Positions 25,234-37,497 of a DNA stretch of 64,000 nucleotides are shown one piece after another. How positions within the stretch are numbered: position 1 is the first letter of the stretch; each line of letters begins with the position of its first letter. The stretch is from Marsupella aquatica (Eukaryota > Plantae > Marchantiophyta). A program made the translations under genes and the position numbers. The notes under the pieces are model-generated. The model searched no databases, was not told the DNA's origin, and saw only the letters and a list, made by a program, of their open reading frames with translations. The stretch lies in contig OZ316892.1 of assembly GCA_973895155.1 (NCBI GenBank), positions 12,154,238 to 12,218,237 of the forward strand, read 5' to 3'.

Positions 25234-28200
25234 TTGACAAGGACTTGGAGAGGGAACCTGATTTATTTTATCGTGGTTGGGTACGGGGGCCGCACGAGGC
25301 CAAGCTCTAGGAATTGCGAAACGGGAATCGGTCCCCAGTTGTGCTCTTCAGGGGGAGTGGGGTGGATGAGATCCCCAGACAGACCTGAGTTCACCAACGC
25401 TCGCATTAGGAGGTACAAGGCAGCCTACCGGGAGTACATCACTTTGCAGCTAGCCCGAGAAGAGGAAGAGAAATTGGCAACCAGGGCCACAATGTCAGGG
25501 ACCAATGAAGCACCCATGTCACAAAGGACTCAATGATGTTCATACCCCAAGACATTGGCCAAGCTTCTAGACGATAGCCGTGAATTGTTTGAATCCACCG
25601 TGATTATCAATTTAATGCGAGTGGACATGCGTGCTCCAATGGATAGGCATTAAAAGATTGAGGATGGGATGGACTTACGGGATGATGGATTGTACTTTGC
25701 ATGCATCAAGCGCACCCTCCCTCATGACGAATTGACTCGGTTGCTGATGTTGCACAACCAGGACCTGACATTCTACCCCATGGAGCCACCAGGGACACTC
25801 ACATTGGAAGAGCTGGCCATGTATGTGAAGGAGGCTACCTCTGTGGTACACATTTCCCTTGCATCCTTCAAGGACCCAACGCTCAGGGGTTTTGTTGGAA
25901 AGGTCCATGTGATGCCTAGACAGGAATCACTCGGCCAGTTAAGTGGGTAAAGCAGGAAGGCACCCTAGGAACACCTTAGTATAGGGACAAAACAAGGAAA
26001 ATATAAACCATTAGGGGCAACCATGGAACCCGGGCCGAGGCCGGAGGTAAGGACGCTGAGGGTGAAAACTCGATTAGGGTTAGGGCGCGTTAAGCGTCGG
26101 CGGCTAGGAAGGATCAACGGGAAGAAGGACCGGCAGAGGAGAGGGGTAAGGAGTGCTTGCAGGAGATGGTGGCTCATTTGCAAGCACGAACTAGACAGAC
26201 GACTACGGGAGGCCAACTACTGTCAGCTGCTTAGGCAAGCACTCGGGGAGAGAGTAGATACTGACGATCGACCTAAGGAGGGTATGAGCAACGTCAATCA
26301 AGCGGCACATTTCTGGGGATGCCTGTTCGAACGGGCAACTGAGTACATCAAGACTTACGAGGACGAGGAATCAGAAAGGGCAGCTCGAGAACGGTAGGAG
26401 CTCGCTCGATTGTGGGAGCTGCAGAAGACGGTTTTCTTAGGAGGCGAACTCATCAAGGACGAGTTCCTATGGACGCCTACTTCCAATCAACTCGACGATC
26501 TTCTATTTTGCAAAGACAGCGTCGTCGGCATCCGAGAGGCCATCAAGAACTGCAACGACATACACTGGGAATTAAAGGGTAGCACGGAAAGGTGGACCCA
26601 GGCAACGGTGCTAGGAGAAACCTCCACGGCAGCAGAGATGAAGAGGAAGGGAGCTGTCAACGATGAAGCCACCCCGGCAAAAAGAACGAGGTCGGCGGCA
26701 CCAAAGAAGCCAGCCGAGCAGCAGAGCAGGAGGCAGGGAGAAGCCGAAGAGGAGGAGGTCGATCCCATCAAGGCCATTCCAACCAGGGATGACACCTGGA
26801 AGGGCTGGGCGGCAACCCTACCGGTGGAGGTGCAACTACATTTTGCACGGGAGGAGGATGCATGCTTCACGGCCATGCAGACCAAGAAGTACCAAGGCTT
26901 CATGGCCGGATCCAGCTTAGAGGCCTTTGTAAGATTACCATGGCTGAAGCCGGAGGTACCGGAGTCAGACCTATTAGAATTCGTGGGGTCATGGGAACCC
27001 GAGACCAATTGCACGAGGATATATGGGAAGGATTTCTATCTTACTCCCAAGGTAATTGCCGAAGTGTTTGGCTTGCCGATAGGCAATAAGACCAAAGTTG
27101 ATACCAGGAAGACCTTGCCTGACAAGGAGTTCCGGTCGTTCCCCGGGCCATCAACGAAGAATGGCTTCTTCCGGAACACCTGCACCAACCCGCACATAGG
27201 AGAGATGATCGACTTCTTGCGGGTGACCATGCATTGTAACTTGCCGAGGGCAGAGATCGGCAAGGCACAGGTCTATCTGGCAGAAAGGCCAGACCCAAGC
27301 CGGGACTACAATGGGTACCTCCTCAACCAATTGAAGAAGATCTTAAAGGAGGAGCAACAGGTAATCGGCATGGGGAGCGTGTCGCGGCTTGGCTATCACA
27401 TGCCGCTGTTGTGCCGGTATGCCAGAGGTCAGACTTTTGCCCCGGTACTTCCCCTGCAGGTAAGGGCACCCAAGGAAGCTCCAATGCCGAGGCCGTTGGC
27501 TGAGAAGCCTCAACCACCTGTTAGCCCTACGATTGAGCAGGTGTTTAGGCCCAGGAAGGAGGACTTGCCGATGCAGCAACCAGGCATGCAGAGTCTGCTG
27601 AAACTACTGGAGAACGAAAAGAAATCGGCATCGGCAACAACAACGGCAACGGCAACAATGGAGGACACTACTACAGAGGTAGGCCTACACCGGCTCACAA
27701 GAGAAAACCCCTTTGCTGGAGACAAGGAGAGAATCAGGCCGGAATCCAAGCCCGGTGTTCGAATGTATGTGGGAATCTCAAGCTCCGAATCTGAGGCAGA
27801 ATTGCCTGAAGCTCCTACCGACGAAGAGGAGAGGGAGAAGCCGGACGGCCAAGAAGTAGAGGAGGCAGTGGAGGACTGCAGCCATGATAATTCCGGCTAT
27901 GGGTCGGACCATCACGTCCCAGGAGTAAGGACCTGTGGCCGGTTTGTCCCCACACTTCCAAGGGTAGTGCGAGGGGACCCCAACCAGCAGAGTAGCCCTG
28001 AGTCTCCCCCACCAGATGTTGCTCCCCCGAGCTTCGACGGCATAAAACAGACGGTGCAGGAATTTCAGGAGCGAATCAAGCAGGAAGAGGAGGCAGCCCT
28101 GGCTAGGGAAAAGGATTTACCAGGAGGAGATTGGCCGGAGGACATCAGGCGGCTAGCCAAAAAAGGAAGCAAACCTCTAGCCACGATTGAAGAGATCCGC

Positions 28201-29613
28201 AAGACGGCTTGGGAGCAGAGGCCGCGATGGGCGATGCCGATTACTTCTACTTACTCCACCTACGCTAAGAATAGAGCCATGGAGTATGGTGAGATGTTTG
28301 GGGAACTTGCGCTCGGCATCTTTGGAGAGGAGTTGGAGGTAGGACCCTTTTTCCATAGGGAGCAGTTGGAGAAGCACCAATTAGAAGAAGCGGTGGCTTT
28401 AGAGAGAAGCAAGAAGGACGAGGTCATTCGGCAGCTTAGGAGGATGGAAGCCGAGATTGAAGATCTAAGGGCGGCCAAGAAAGCCCAAGATGAACTACGG
28501 ATTAAACGACATGAGCTGAACATCATGCAGGGGCAGTTGGACACCGCGCAGGCTGATAATCAGAATATCAAGGATAAACTGACTCAGACGCAGGGAGAGT
28601 TGGCCGACACGATCAAAGAGAGGGAGAAGTGGAAGCAAGAGCTGAAGAATACAGAGGAGGCCCACATAACAGCCAACAGCCGGGCCATGGCGGAGACCCA
28701 AAGAAAGGAATGGGCGTTGAAGGGGGAGCTCGAGAAAATCCGCGGAGCCCTTGAGCAGAAGGAGGCCGAGTTAGGGAAATCCTATCAAGGGATTATGGCG
28801 CTGCAGTAGGAGCTTGCGTCCCTGACGGCCAGCTTCAAGGCCGACCTAAGGGAGAAGGACGAGATGCTCGAACAGACTTACGCCAAGATGAACCAGATGG
28901 AGTCTGTCATCATTGCGGAGCTCGACAAGGAGCTAAGAGCAACCCAGGAGGAGAGGACTACCTTGAAACAAGAACGGGAGGAAGCCCAGAAGGAACTAGA
29001 GGAGGCACGCAAGGACCTGGATGAGACCCAGGAGGAGTTGGAGGAAATCACGAGGAAGATGGAGAACCTCCAGCGGCGGGCCGACAACCAAACGGAGCGG
29101 CTGAAGAAACAAGCCGCAGTATTTAAGTGCTTGTCTTCATCAGGCCCAACTCCAATTGGGCCACCTGCACCAGTGCCGGAAGTAAGTGGGAAGGGGAAGG
29201 GACCAGCTGCCGAACCAGAAAAGAAGAAGAAGCGGAAACCTTCAGGGTCAAGGAGTAATCCGACTCCACAAGCCGTGGTGACCAAGGAGGTAGAACTAGC
29301 ACCATCCTCCGACATGAATACGGCAATAGATCCCGCTATCATCACAGGTGGGGGTGGTGCGGCCCAAGCCGAACTACTCAGTAATGAGGCCGGTATCCCA
29401 GATCCGCCTCTTGAGCAGGCCAGGGAGACCCAAGCCGTGGCTGAGGCCGTAACCGGTTCCCGAGCCGATGCCGACGCCGATGGTGGACCCAGTCAGGCCG
29501 ATGGAGAGTTGACTCAATCAAGGGCAGGTAATCTGTCAGAGAATGAACCTACGGCAGTGGCTGAGGAGGAAGCGTTGGGGGCGTCCATTAAGGATCCACC
29601 ACCGGTGTCGTGA
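25234..29613 (+). pseudogene. ~1460-codon ancestral ORF: plant-retroelement accessory-type domain plus long coiled coil
   Basis: Five track ORFs share one frame, separated only by stops at 25534, 25651, 25948, 25966, 26395, 28807; LLEFVGSW..TRIYGKDFYLTPKVIAEVFGLP resembles Athila/Tat extra-ORF (Transposase_32/PMD-like) domains. Confidence 0.7.
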
Positions 29614-30510
29614 CGGTGCAAGGGCGCCATTCCTTTTAGGGAGGGCGGACGTGGAGGGAGGAGGCGTGAGTGGGCAGGGCGGGCGCTGATCTCCAAGTTT
29701 AGGATTAGGATCAGGACCAGGAGCGGCCCTGACACTTAGCTTAGTGGGATTGCGGTTCCACTGGTAGGAGCAACACTTGTGCTCCTGCCTTGCTGTACAT
29801 AGGTAGATTCGGGCAAGTAGATTACTGTTAAGTAGATTAGGCTTACGATGCAAAGAATGGCGGATCCACTACCAGGATAAGTACCTGGGCAGCGGGGAGC
29901 TCAGGGCCTCTTCTTTAGCAAGTTTTTAGTTTGCACCAGCCGGGCTGGGATCAAGTAGTACGAGAAGCTCTCGGTTAGTCATACAGTGACCCTTGTGTAT
30001 ATTCATGTTTCCTCATGCCTAAGAGCTGAATAGAGTTGGCCTCACGGCTTAGTTCGCAGAACTTGTGTATGAGATGTACTGTTTGTATGGCAAGTGCATG
30101 GTATGACTCAGTCAGAATGAGTCATTTTGCTATTTGTGTATCGCATTAACTTGTGTGAAGAGTGCCCACATCAACCAAAAGGAAGGAAAGTAAGCAGGGG
30201 AGTGAGAGTTGGATGTGTCGAGCTGAGAGAGGTCTTAGCGGCTTAACCAAGCCTATTGGGGATCATTCCGGCGGCGGAATCCAAACATACCTAACAAGAC
30301 GGAGGGGAAGACAGGGGAAGGCCTAGATTAGGCCGGCTACGTATCTCATGACCCGATGAAGGATCTGTCCAGTATATGTGTGTAAAATGTTAATAGTAGT
30401 AGTAGAAGGTTAGCAGCGTCCCATGCCGCTAAGCCGCGGAAACGGCCTCGCCAAGCGCGAAACCTGCGGGAATCGGCTTGAGCTGGGGGGTTTCTTGGGT
30501 TTAGGGAGCC

Positions 30511-31884
30511 ATGGGACGCACCACAGTCCATCAACGGATACTCAGTTGGGTGCAATCAAGTATAATTATAGGGGAACACTTGGCCATTGCATTGGACATC
30601 AAGCAGCACCCGGAGCACACATACGGATGGTGGGTGTTTGGTTTGAGGAAAACGCTGACCGCAGATCCCAAAGGCCACAAGCCTGGAGGAATCATCCATT
30701 TTCTTGGGTCATTTCTCTTGAACAGGATGGAGGGGCTCATCTCAGTTCCCGAACCAGAGGAAGGAGTATTGCCCTCCTTCCCAACCGTCTTACGAAAGAT
30801 TGCCACCACCGTCGTGCAGAATTTGACCACAGATTCCACCAAGGAGCTGGCCACTGATGTCGTGGTGGAGGGGGCACCGGACGAAGAGGAGGATATGGAT
30901 GAAGAGTTTACCATGTAGTGGTTGAAGTCCTTGATTGGTAATCCCGAGGAGCCCATTGTGTATGACATTCCAGAGGTATACTTGGCGGAATTGCAAGAGT
31001 ACCGTGATGCTATTAACGAGGGCTGGCAATTGTGCAAAGCCATGAAGTGGGCTCTGAGTAGGGCCAATGCTAAGGTGGCCACCTTGCAAGTTGGGCACAA
31101 GGCGCTGAAGGAGGTCATACTGTCCAAGGAGGAGACTATTCAAGAGAGGAGTAGGTTGTTGAAGCAAGCCTATGACCAAGTTGGCCACTTGCAAGGAGCC
31201 CTGTCCACCAAGGCCAAGGAGGCCGAGGAAGCAGTTGCTTTGAGGAAGGAGCTGGTAACGATGAAGCAAGCCGAAAAGGGCGTGGATGCCCTCAAAAAGC
31301 AGATTTCAAAGTTGCGTGGCCAGGTGAGTGCTTATGAGACAAGGGCCAAGAGAGCCGACGCCCTGAGTCTAGGGAAGAGGAAGAAGCCCTGTCCACCCGG
31401 TGTTACTCCCGTTGCTTTGCCAGAGATGTTGGCCAAGGCCATTGATGCAGTGGTCATCGAAGTAACCAAGACTTATGGGCCAATGTTGGAAGCGGCCAAA
31501 AAGGACAAGGAGAAGTGCAAGAGCCTGGAGAATAAGTTGAAGTCAACCCGCAAAGCACTAAGGAACGCAACGTCTGGCCAGGGAACCACGGGTATGCCAC
31601 CTAGGTCGGTGACCCCGGGAACTCCCATGGCCATGGGCCAAGTCTTGCCACTGGAATTGCAGGGTGATGAGGAGACAACGTTGTGGAAGGACACCATCGG
31701 TCATGGATACATTAGGGCTTGGCAGGCTTTGGCGGCATTACAGAAGCAAGGAACCTCGGGCCAAACGTTGGGAAGGACCACCCCGGGGAGGAGTAGGGGA
31801 GGAGGTGTTGCATCTACCCAGGGGGGCAGTGATGACTCTCGGGGATGGAGCCTTGGCACCGTAAGTGAGTCCGAGGAGGATTAG
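30511..31884 (+). pseudogene. Second coiled-coil ORF of the 9.4-kb insertion
   Basis: ORFs 30511-30918 and 30922-31884 are in frame, separated by one TAG; heptad-rich. Confidence 0.6.
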
Positions 31885-33410
31885 TAGTAGTACGGATGTT
31901 GACCGTACAGAGATTGGTTTTGGGCACATGTCCAACTGGCCAACTCATGGGCTTATTGGAAGGAGCTTGTCGAGCTGAATCTAACAATGTAAGACACGCC
32001 TCAAACGGAGTTAAAATGAGAGAGATACGGACCGGAGCATTTTGGTGAAGAATTAGGGTCCAATGTCGTACGGACGTCCGTACAACCTTCAGGAGAGTGA
32101 CCCGGCCAAGTCAGGGCATGTGGCCAGGGTACCTCAATTTGATGTCGTGATGGGAGGCCGGGACCGTACGGACTATTTGGACGCGGCGGTGACCAGGGTA
32201 AAGTTTGGGACTTGGCAAGCCATATCTCAGGCGTCTGATGTCCATTTTGGGAGCCGTTTTCAGGGTTACGATCAGGATGGCCGTGGCTACTCATAAAATT
32301 TCTCAGGACCAGATTTAGATCAACTTCTACTTTTGGCTATTTCCATGGTCACTCAGTGGGAGGCGTTGGCCACACTGTAGTAGGAAGGTAGGCCATGGCC
32401 TACATAGGACATTAGTCTAGTTTTGTTTAGTTGGTGTGATGGCCGATGAAGGCACCGTTGGCCTCACTTAAGTAGCAATAGGATTAGGGGTGCATGTGTG
32501 TGCCGCATGTGTAGAAAACTTTTAGGTTAGCGTCGTCGCCAGTGGATGGCGGCCAGCCAGGGCAGTGGCCGCCGCCACACCCTAGGGCTTGTGTGTTTAC
32601 ACATTGTTGTTTTCAGTATTTAACCAGCAGCCCCCGGTAGGAGCAGGGGGGAACTCAATCTAGTGTTGTTTTTGTGAGGATTAGCCTTCAACAAGAGTAG
32701 GGAATTGATCTGGAGTATTGAGGTGGAGAGGGCTCATTGTCCCGTGAGGTAGGAGTTGTGTAGACGATAGGAGACCGGGTTGCCCATGCAATGTGCTACC
32801 TTGGCCACTAATAGATATGGATTTGATTGAATTCTCATGACTTCTTGTGTGTTATTCCCTCTCTTGGTTGCACGATTGTGTTCTTCCCCTAGTATGAGTA
32901 TTTAGAGAAACTTACATGGCTTGGTCAACCCTGTGAGTGGGAGAGTGGTGACAGCACTTTGCCAAAGGCCAGGAGGAGTAGAAGCAAGGTAGTCCACGGG
33001 ACTTGATCAAAAGCAGATTACGTATAGTCGGTAGACTTGATCAAAAAATACATTTCCGGGAGCGGAAACAAATCTACTCATCCTTAGTATGAAATTGATC
33101 CATATAACGTCCCTCCACGTCCCCGTCATACGATACAAACAATTTTTAGTGGAACCATGTGGTGTTTGTTGTGTTAGTCATTTGATAAGCAAGTGACAAG
33201 TCGTAATCTCTATTGAATATTGGACTTTTGATTGTCTACACGAGTCTCGTGTTTTCTATTTAATGAAAGAACCTTCAACTTTGTAGATGACTGTCTCCAT
33301 TGCTTGTTCTGTGATATTTGCTTAGATTAGAGTTAGAGATTTTCACACGAGCCTCGTGTAGGCTGTTTTAAAAGATGTTTTTGTTGCAAATATTTTTCTT
33401 CAGATCCAGA

Positions 33411-36400
33411 ATGGCTTCAAGAACGCAGCTTCTACTTGGAGAAGTCGTTCACCTGCTTATCAATGAACAACCAGTTGCTGGTGGAAAGGTTTTTTGTGTT
33501 CTATCTTTCGACACCTGCCACTCTGTGTTGCTTGGAGCAGAACGGATAAGTGTGGTGGTGGACAATGCTTTTTTTCACCTCGAACAGCTGCCGAATCCAC
33601 ATGTGGGAGCTGATCTAGTAGGAGAGTCGGTGAACTCCGTTGTTTTGTGGGATCGGCAAGATGTCCGCCATGCAAATGACATGAATCTTGGAGGTCAAAC
33701 AGATTCAGCTTATGTCATTGATGACCCAGTTGACAATATTCAAGGTAATTCTGAATCAGCCACCGGACTGGAGGGGAAAAAGGTTTTTGCGGAGGATCTG
33801 AAAGATCGTAGCACATGGTTCAAGAAGTTTGCCCTTCTCTATGCGGACAACGGAGAAACCTTGCTTGCAAGAGGTTGCATCATTATCCCACATCCTCTCG
33901 CGTCCATTAACAACGAGCGAGTTGGGGAAGATCATGTTGGTGTGAATATTTCGAGTCTAGCTATTGAAGCTGGCTTGGGAAAAGTTTTGTTCCCTCAATT
34001 TGTTGACGGATCACCATGCACAGTTTGATGGCCAATCAACAAAACTAGGATTGAGCCTAGAATGGAATGTCTGAGTGATCTTTTAGATTGGAATGATGGT
34101 AACGATGAGGGAGTTAGAATTCTCTCATATATCAAGCCAAAAAGGGGCTATAACAATCAACAAAGAAATCCTCAAGATTCAAACAAGAAGGAGAGAAAAT
34201 GACTCGAGAAAAGACGCAATCAAAAGATGTCTCGAGTGTCCATAGATACTCTTTATCGGGTTGATTGTTGCTCACAGAGTTGTTGTCAACGACAACTCCG
34301 TGAGACCGTCACTAACATTAGGGAAGAGTACTATGGTCTATCTCATGTTGAGCAACATACTTACGTGCTCAATCATCTTCATTGTCGTGACGATGAAACC
34401 ATCGCCTTAGGCATGATTGTATTCAAGGGAAGCAGGATCTGCAAGGAAGCTTTCTAGAATATTCATGGATTTTCTCGAGGAACATTTTACACAATGTATT
34501 CAGGATACATGGTGGGGGCAAAAGTTGGTGTTCATGGGAATGAATGGACCATCAAGACCAAAGACTACGTTGTGTTGTTCACAAAATCAATTCGAAGTAT
34601 CCTACATAAATGTGCAGAACCAATGCCACATCTTCACAAAATTGGTGTTTCAGGCAAGTAGGAAGTTGTTTTCAGGGTTCCAATAAGTTTCAGGAGAAAA
34701 GATGTTTTTGAAGAGGCTTGCGAGCTTAACAAAAACCTGGGTATTCACTCGCCCTCTCTCCCAACCTTCTACAAGCTTTTGGATAAATATTTCCCCAATT
34801 TCCAATTCCAAGGTTGGAGCAACTTTGCAAAATGCGATCTCTGCACGACCATTAAAGAAACACTTCGGGGGGAGAAACGGATGGATAAGATTTTAGAAAT
34901 CAAGGCAAAGCGCAAACGGCATATGTTGGAACAACAATCACGCAGGAGTATGTACTATGCAGCAAAACTTGCGGCGGACCAAGAGCCCAACAAATATTTT
35001 TCTGTGATTCACGATAAAATGGATCAAGCCAAGACCGGAATCCCTAAAATGACTTCTACACTCAAGAGCCAAGGAGGCAAATCAATCCCGCTACCAATGA
35101 CGCTGATGGGGATGTTAACGCATGGACGGGAGCCTGGAATTTATGCACATTTTGCCCTTTCTGGTTTGTGGGCAAGCGGTCCTGATTTTACAGTCTCTTT
35201 GCTTGCAAAGTTATTTTGTGATCTCGAATCATTTGTGGGAGATAAGACCGGCGATCTAGCTCTCAACACCTCTAACGTCACAGATCCAATCTTTGTATCC
35301 CTCTTGGATTGGCGTGCCTTTGAGGTAGGATACCTTGAAACCAAAAAGATCTCTCTCGCTCACTTCGCAGGGCTTGGTGACTCACACAAGAGTCGCGTAG
35401 AGCCTTCAACATCGCTACCCTTCAAGGCGCTTCCTTGACACCTCCACCTTCAACTTGATAACTTGGGAAAGGATAACAAGAACCAGACAGTTCTGGCTTT
35501 CTGTAGCGAGCTTGTTCTAAGAGGAGTGTTTGAGTCTGTAACTCTTTCCTTTTTGATGGTGGGGCACACTCATGAGGATGTGGATGCCTTCTTCTCTAGA
35601 GTCGGGATAAGGATCTACAATCGAGAGCTTACCACATTTTTTGGTTTGATGGCGGAGGTTTGGGAGTGCAAGAAGAAACATCCGGTTCCAAGGTTCATCC
35701 GCAAAGTTGCATCTTACAAAGCTTATGTAGGACCATTTGTCAAAGGATCCAGGGTCAATCAACACCTATTCAATTCTTGTTCTCAATGAAGGAGAATGTC
35801 CCAGTCTACCAATATCGAGAGAAAATTGATACGCCTTGGCTACCGACAAAGGGTCAAACAATTTGGTTGTTTGACTTAGAGAGAAACCAATACAAATTTC
35901 CAATTGGAAGTCCTTATTCCAAGTGGATGGAGTCTTCTCACAAGCGAGCGAATGACATTTTGGAATACTTGATCCATTATATCTCATGGTTGAAGACTGC
36001 ATGGAAGGATGTTACATTGGAGGGATATCGTCTCCAAAGTCCAGAGATTCAATACTGGAAAAACATTGTTTCTGTGTTTCAGGACACACTTTGCTCTCCT
36101 TCGCTAGCAGGGGTAGATTATCCATTACTTGCTGGATTCTAGCCTCGAACGAACCATGGAACTGGGTATTGTCAAGATGGTCAGAACATGGATACCAACC
36201 CAAGCGAAGACAATGGGGTGATGCATAATCTGGAAAGAGAGCTTCAAGAAGATGAAGAAGAGAGGCAAACAATCTTTGTCGGACACCCTTCTCAGCGTGA
36301 GAGGTCAAGATTTACTCCTCTAGAAGATATTAAAAAGAATACATTTGTTATTATTTGACCCACCGATGAATTTGAAACCAGAATTCCGCAACAATTTTGG

Positions 36401-36620
36401 CTTGCAAAAGCAATCGATTGTGTCGTAAGAGATCCCGACGATGCGCATGTTGGAGAGTTCCAAGTTGAATGGTGGCACCCTCTTAATCGCAAGAGTTTGG
36501 CAACCAAATCAAAAAGATATCAGGACTGCTTTAATTCAAGCAAACGTGGGAAATGGATCCCAATTACCTCATTCCCCCAATCATGAATGATTGGATCCTA
36601 GCAACTTCAACCATCACCGG
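33411..36620 (+). pseudogene. DUF7869/Sola-like DDD transposase, disrupted
   Basis: CCSQSCC..IREEY, ICKEAF*NIHGFS, FAKCDLC, IHDKMDQAK, LQLDNLGKDNKN, FLMVGHTHEDVDAFFS; multiple stops and frameshifts. Confidence 0.75.
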
Positions 36621-36946
36621 ATGGACATCAAAAGCAAAAGCAAAGGTAAAAGTTCCAGTAAGAGTTTTGGAAAGTGTGAAGGTTTACATTTCAAAAACGA
36701 TTGAAGAGAACTAAAATCCTTTCTCGACTCGAGACTCGCGTGGAAGACACTTGGTGATGCACGGCACGTCCTAATTGTCAGGTTCAGGATTGTGGGAGAA
36801 CAATAGGCGAGGTTGGAGCTGGTTTGTTCCAATCACTTTTCGCACGAGGCTCGTGTAGGTCGGATTACTTAGCTCGAGGATCATTTTTTGGAAAGTGAAA
36901 GGTGTGTACTTGTACTCAATGTCATATTCACTGCAATGGCGTGCAT

Positions 36947-37290
36947 TGTTGAGCATAGACGACATTCGCAACGGCAAGCCCATGAACCATCCAACGCACA
37001 ATAGTCGACGCAGAGAGATACGTGGTTCACCTCCACATGAGGCTATGTCCACGGGAACACACAAGAGCTTTACTGCACTCTAGGCCGACCGGCCATACCA
37101 AGCATCCACAGCACAAGCTCTTCCTATCTCTCAACTAGCTCCGTAACAATGAGCCTAAGTTCCACTAGGGTCTGGCATCAGCCCTGGCTATATGCACAAC
37201 AGCACTACCGCTAACATTAGCTAAGTCCTAACCCGAGTTAGCCTAACTCTAGTTAGCTCATGAGTCACAAGACTAGAGCAATATCTAACA
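36947..37290 (-). repeat. 3' LTR
   Basis: TGTTGAGCATAG...TATCTAACA; 5 mismatches to 43454-43797 by my count. Confidence 0.97.
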
Positions 37291-37303
37291 AACTCCCCCT
37301 TGA
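37291..37303 (-). other. Polypurine tract
   Basis: TCAAGGGGGAGTT on the minus strand, adjacent to the 3' LTR. Confidence 0.9.
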
Positions 37304-37497
37304 CTCTTGTCTTGGGGACTAGACTAAATGCTACCATATGGAATCCTCAGCGGGAAGTTCTAGACAATCACCAAACCAGGTCTCCCCCTAAAAACCACAA
37401 GGGTTAACTAAGGGTTAACTAGAACTAAGCCGTAGCCTAACAGGAATGAGTAATCCATATACAAAGAGTCACACATTGCTAAATAACTCTACTTGCA

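Larger units (their letters stand above)
23766..33198 (+). mobile_element. 9.4-kb insertion with TG...CA ends and 5-bp TSD (giant solo-LTR-like or non-autonomous retroelement)
   Basis: AGTCG at 23761-23765 and 33199-33203 flanks TGTGACGGGG...AAGTGACA; removing it restores the host repeat. No direct terminal repeats, RT or integrase seen. Confidence 0.8.

Noticed and set aside
26395-28815. Programmed readthrough at two TAG-GAG-CTY stops
   Set aside because: CAG>TAG deamination explains both, and four more stops in other contexts occur in the same frame.
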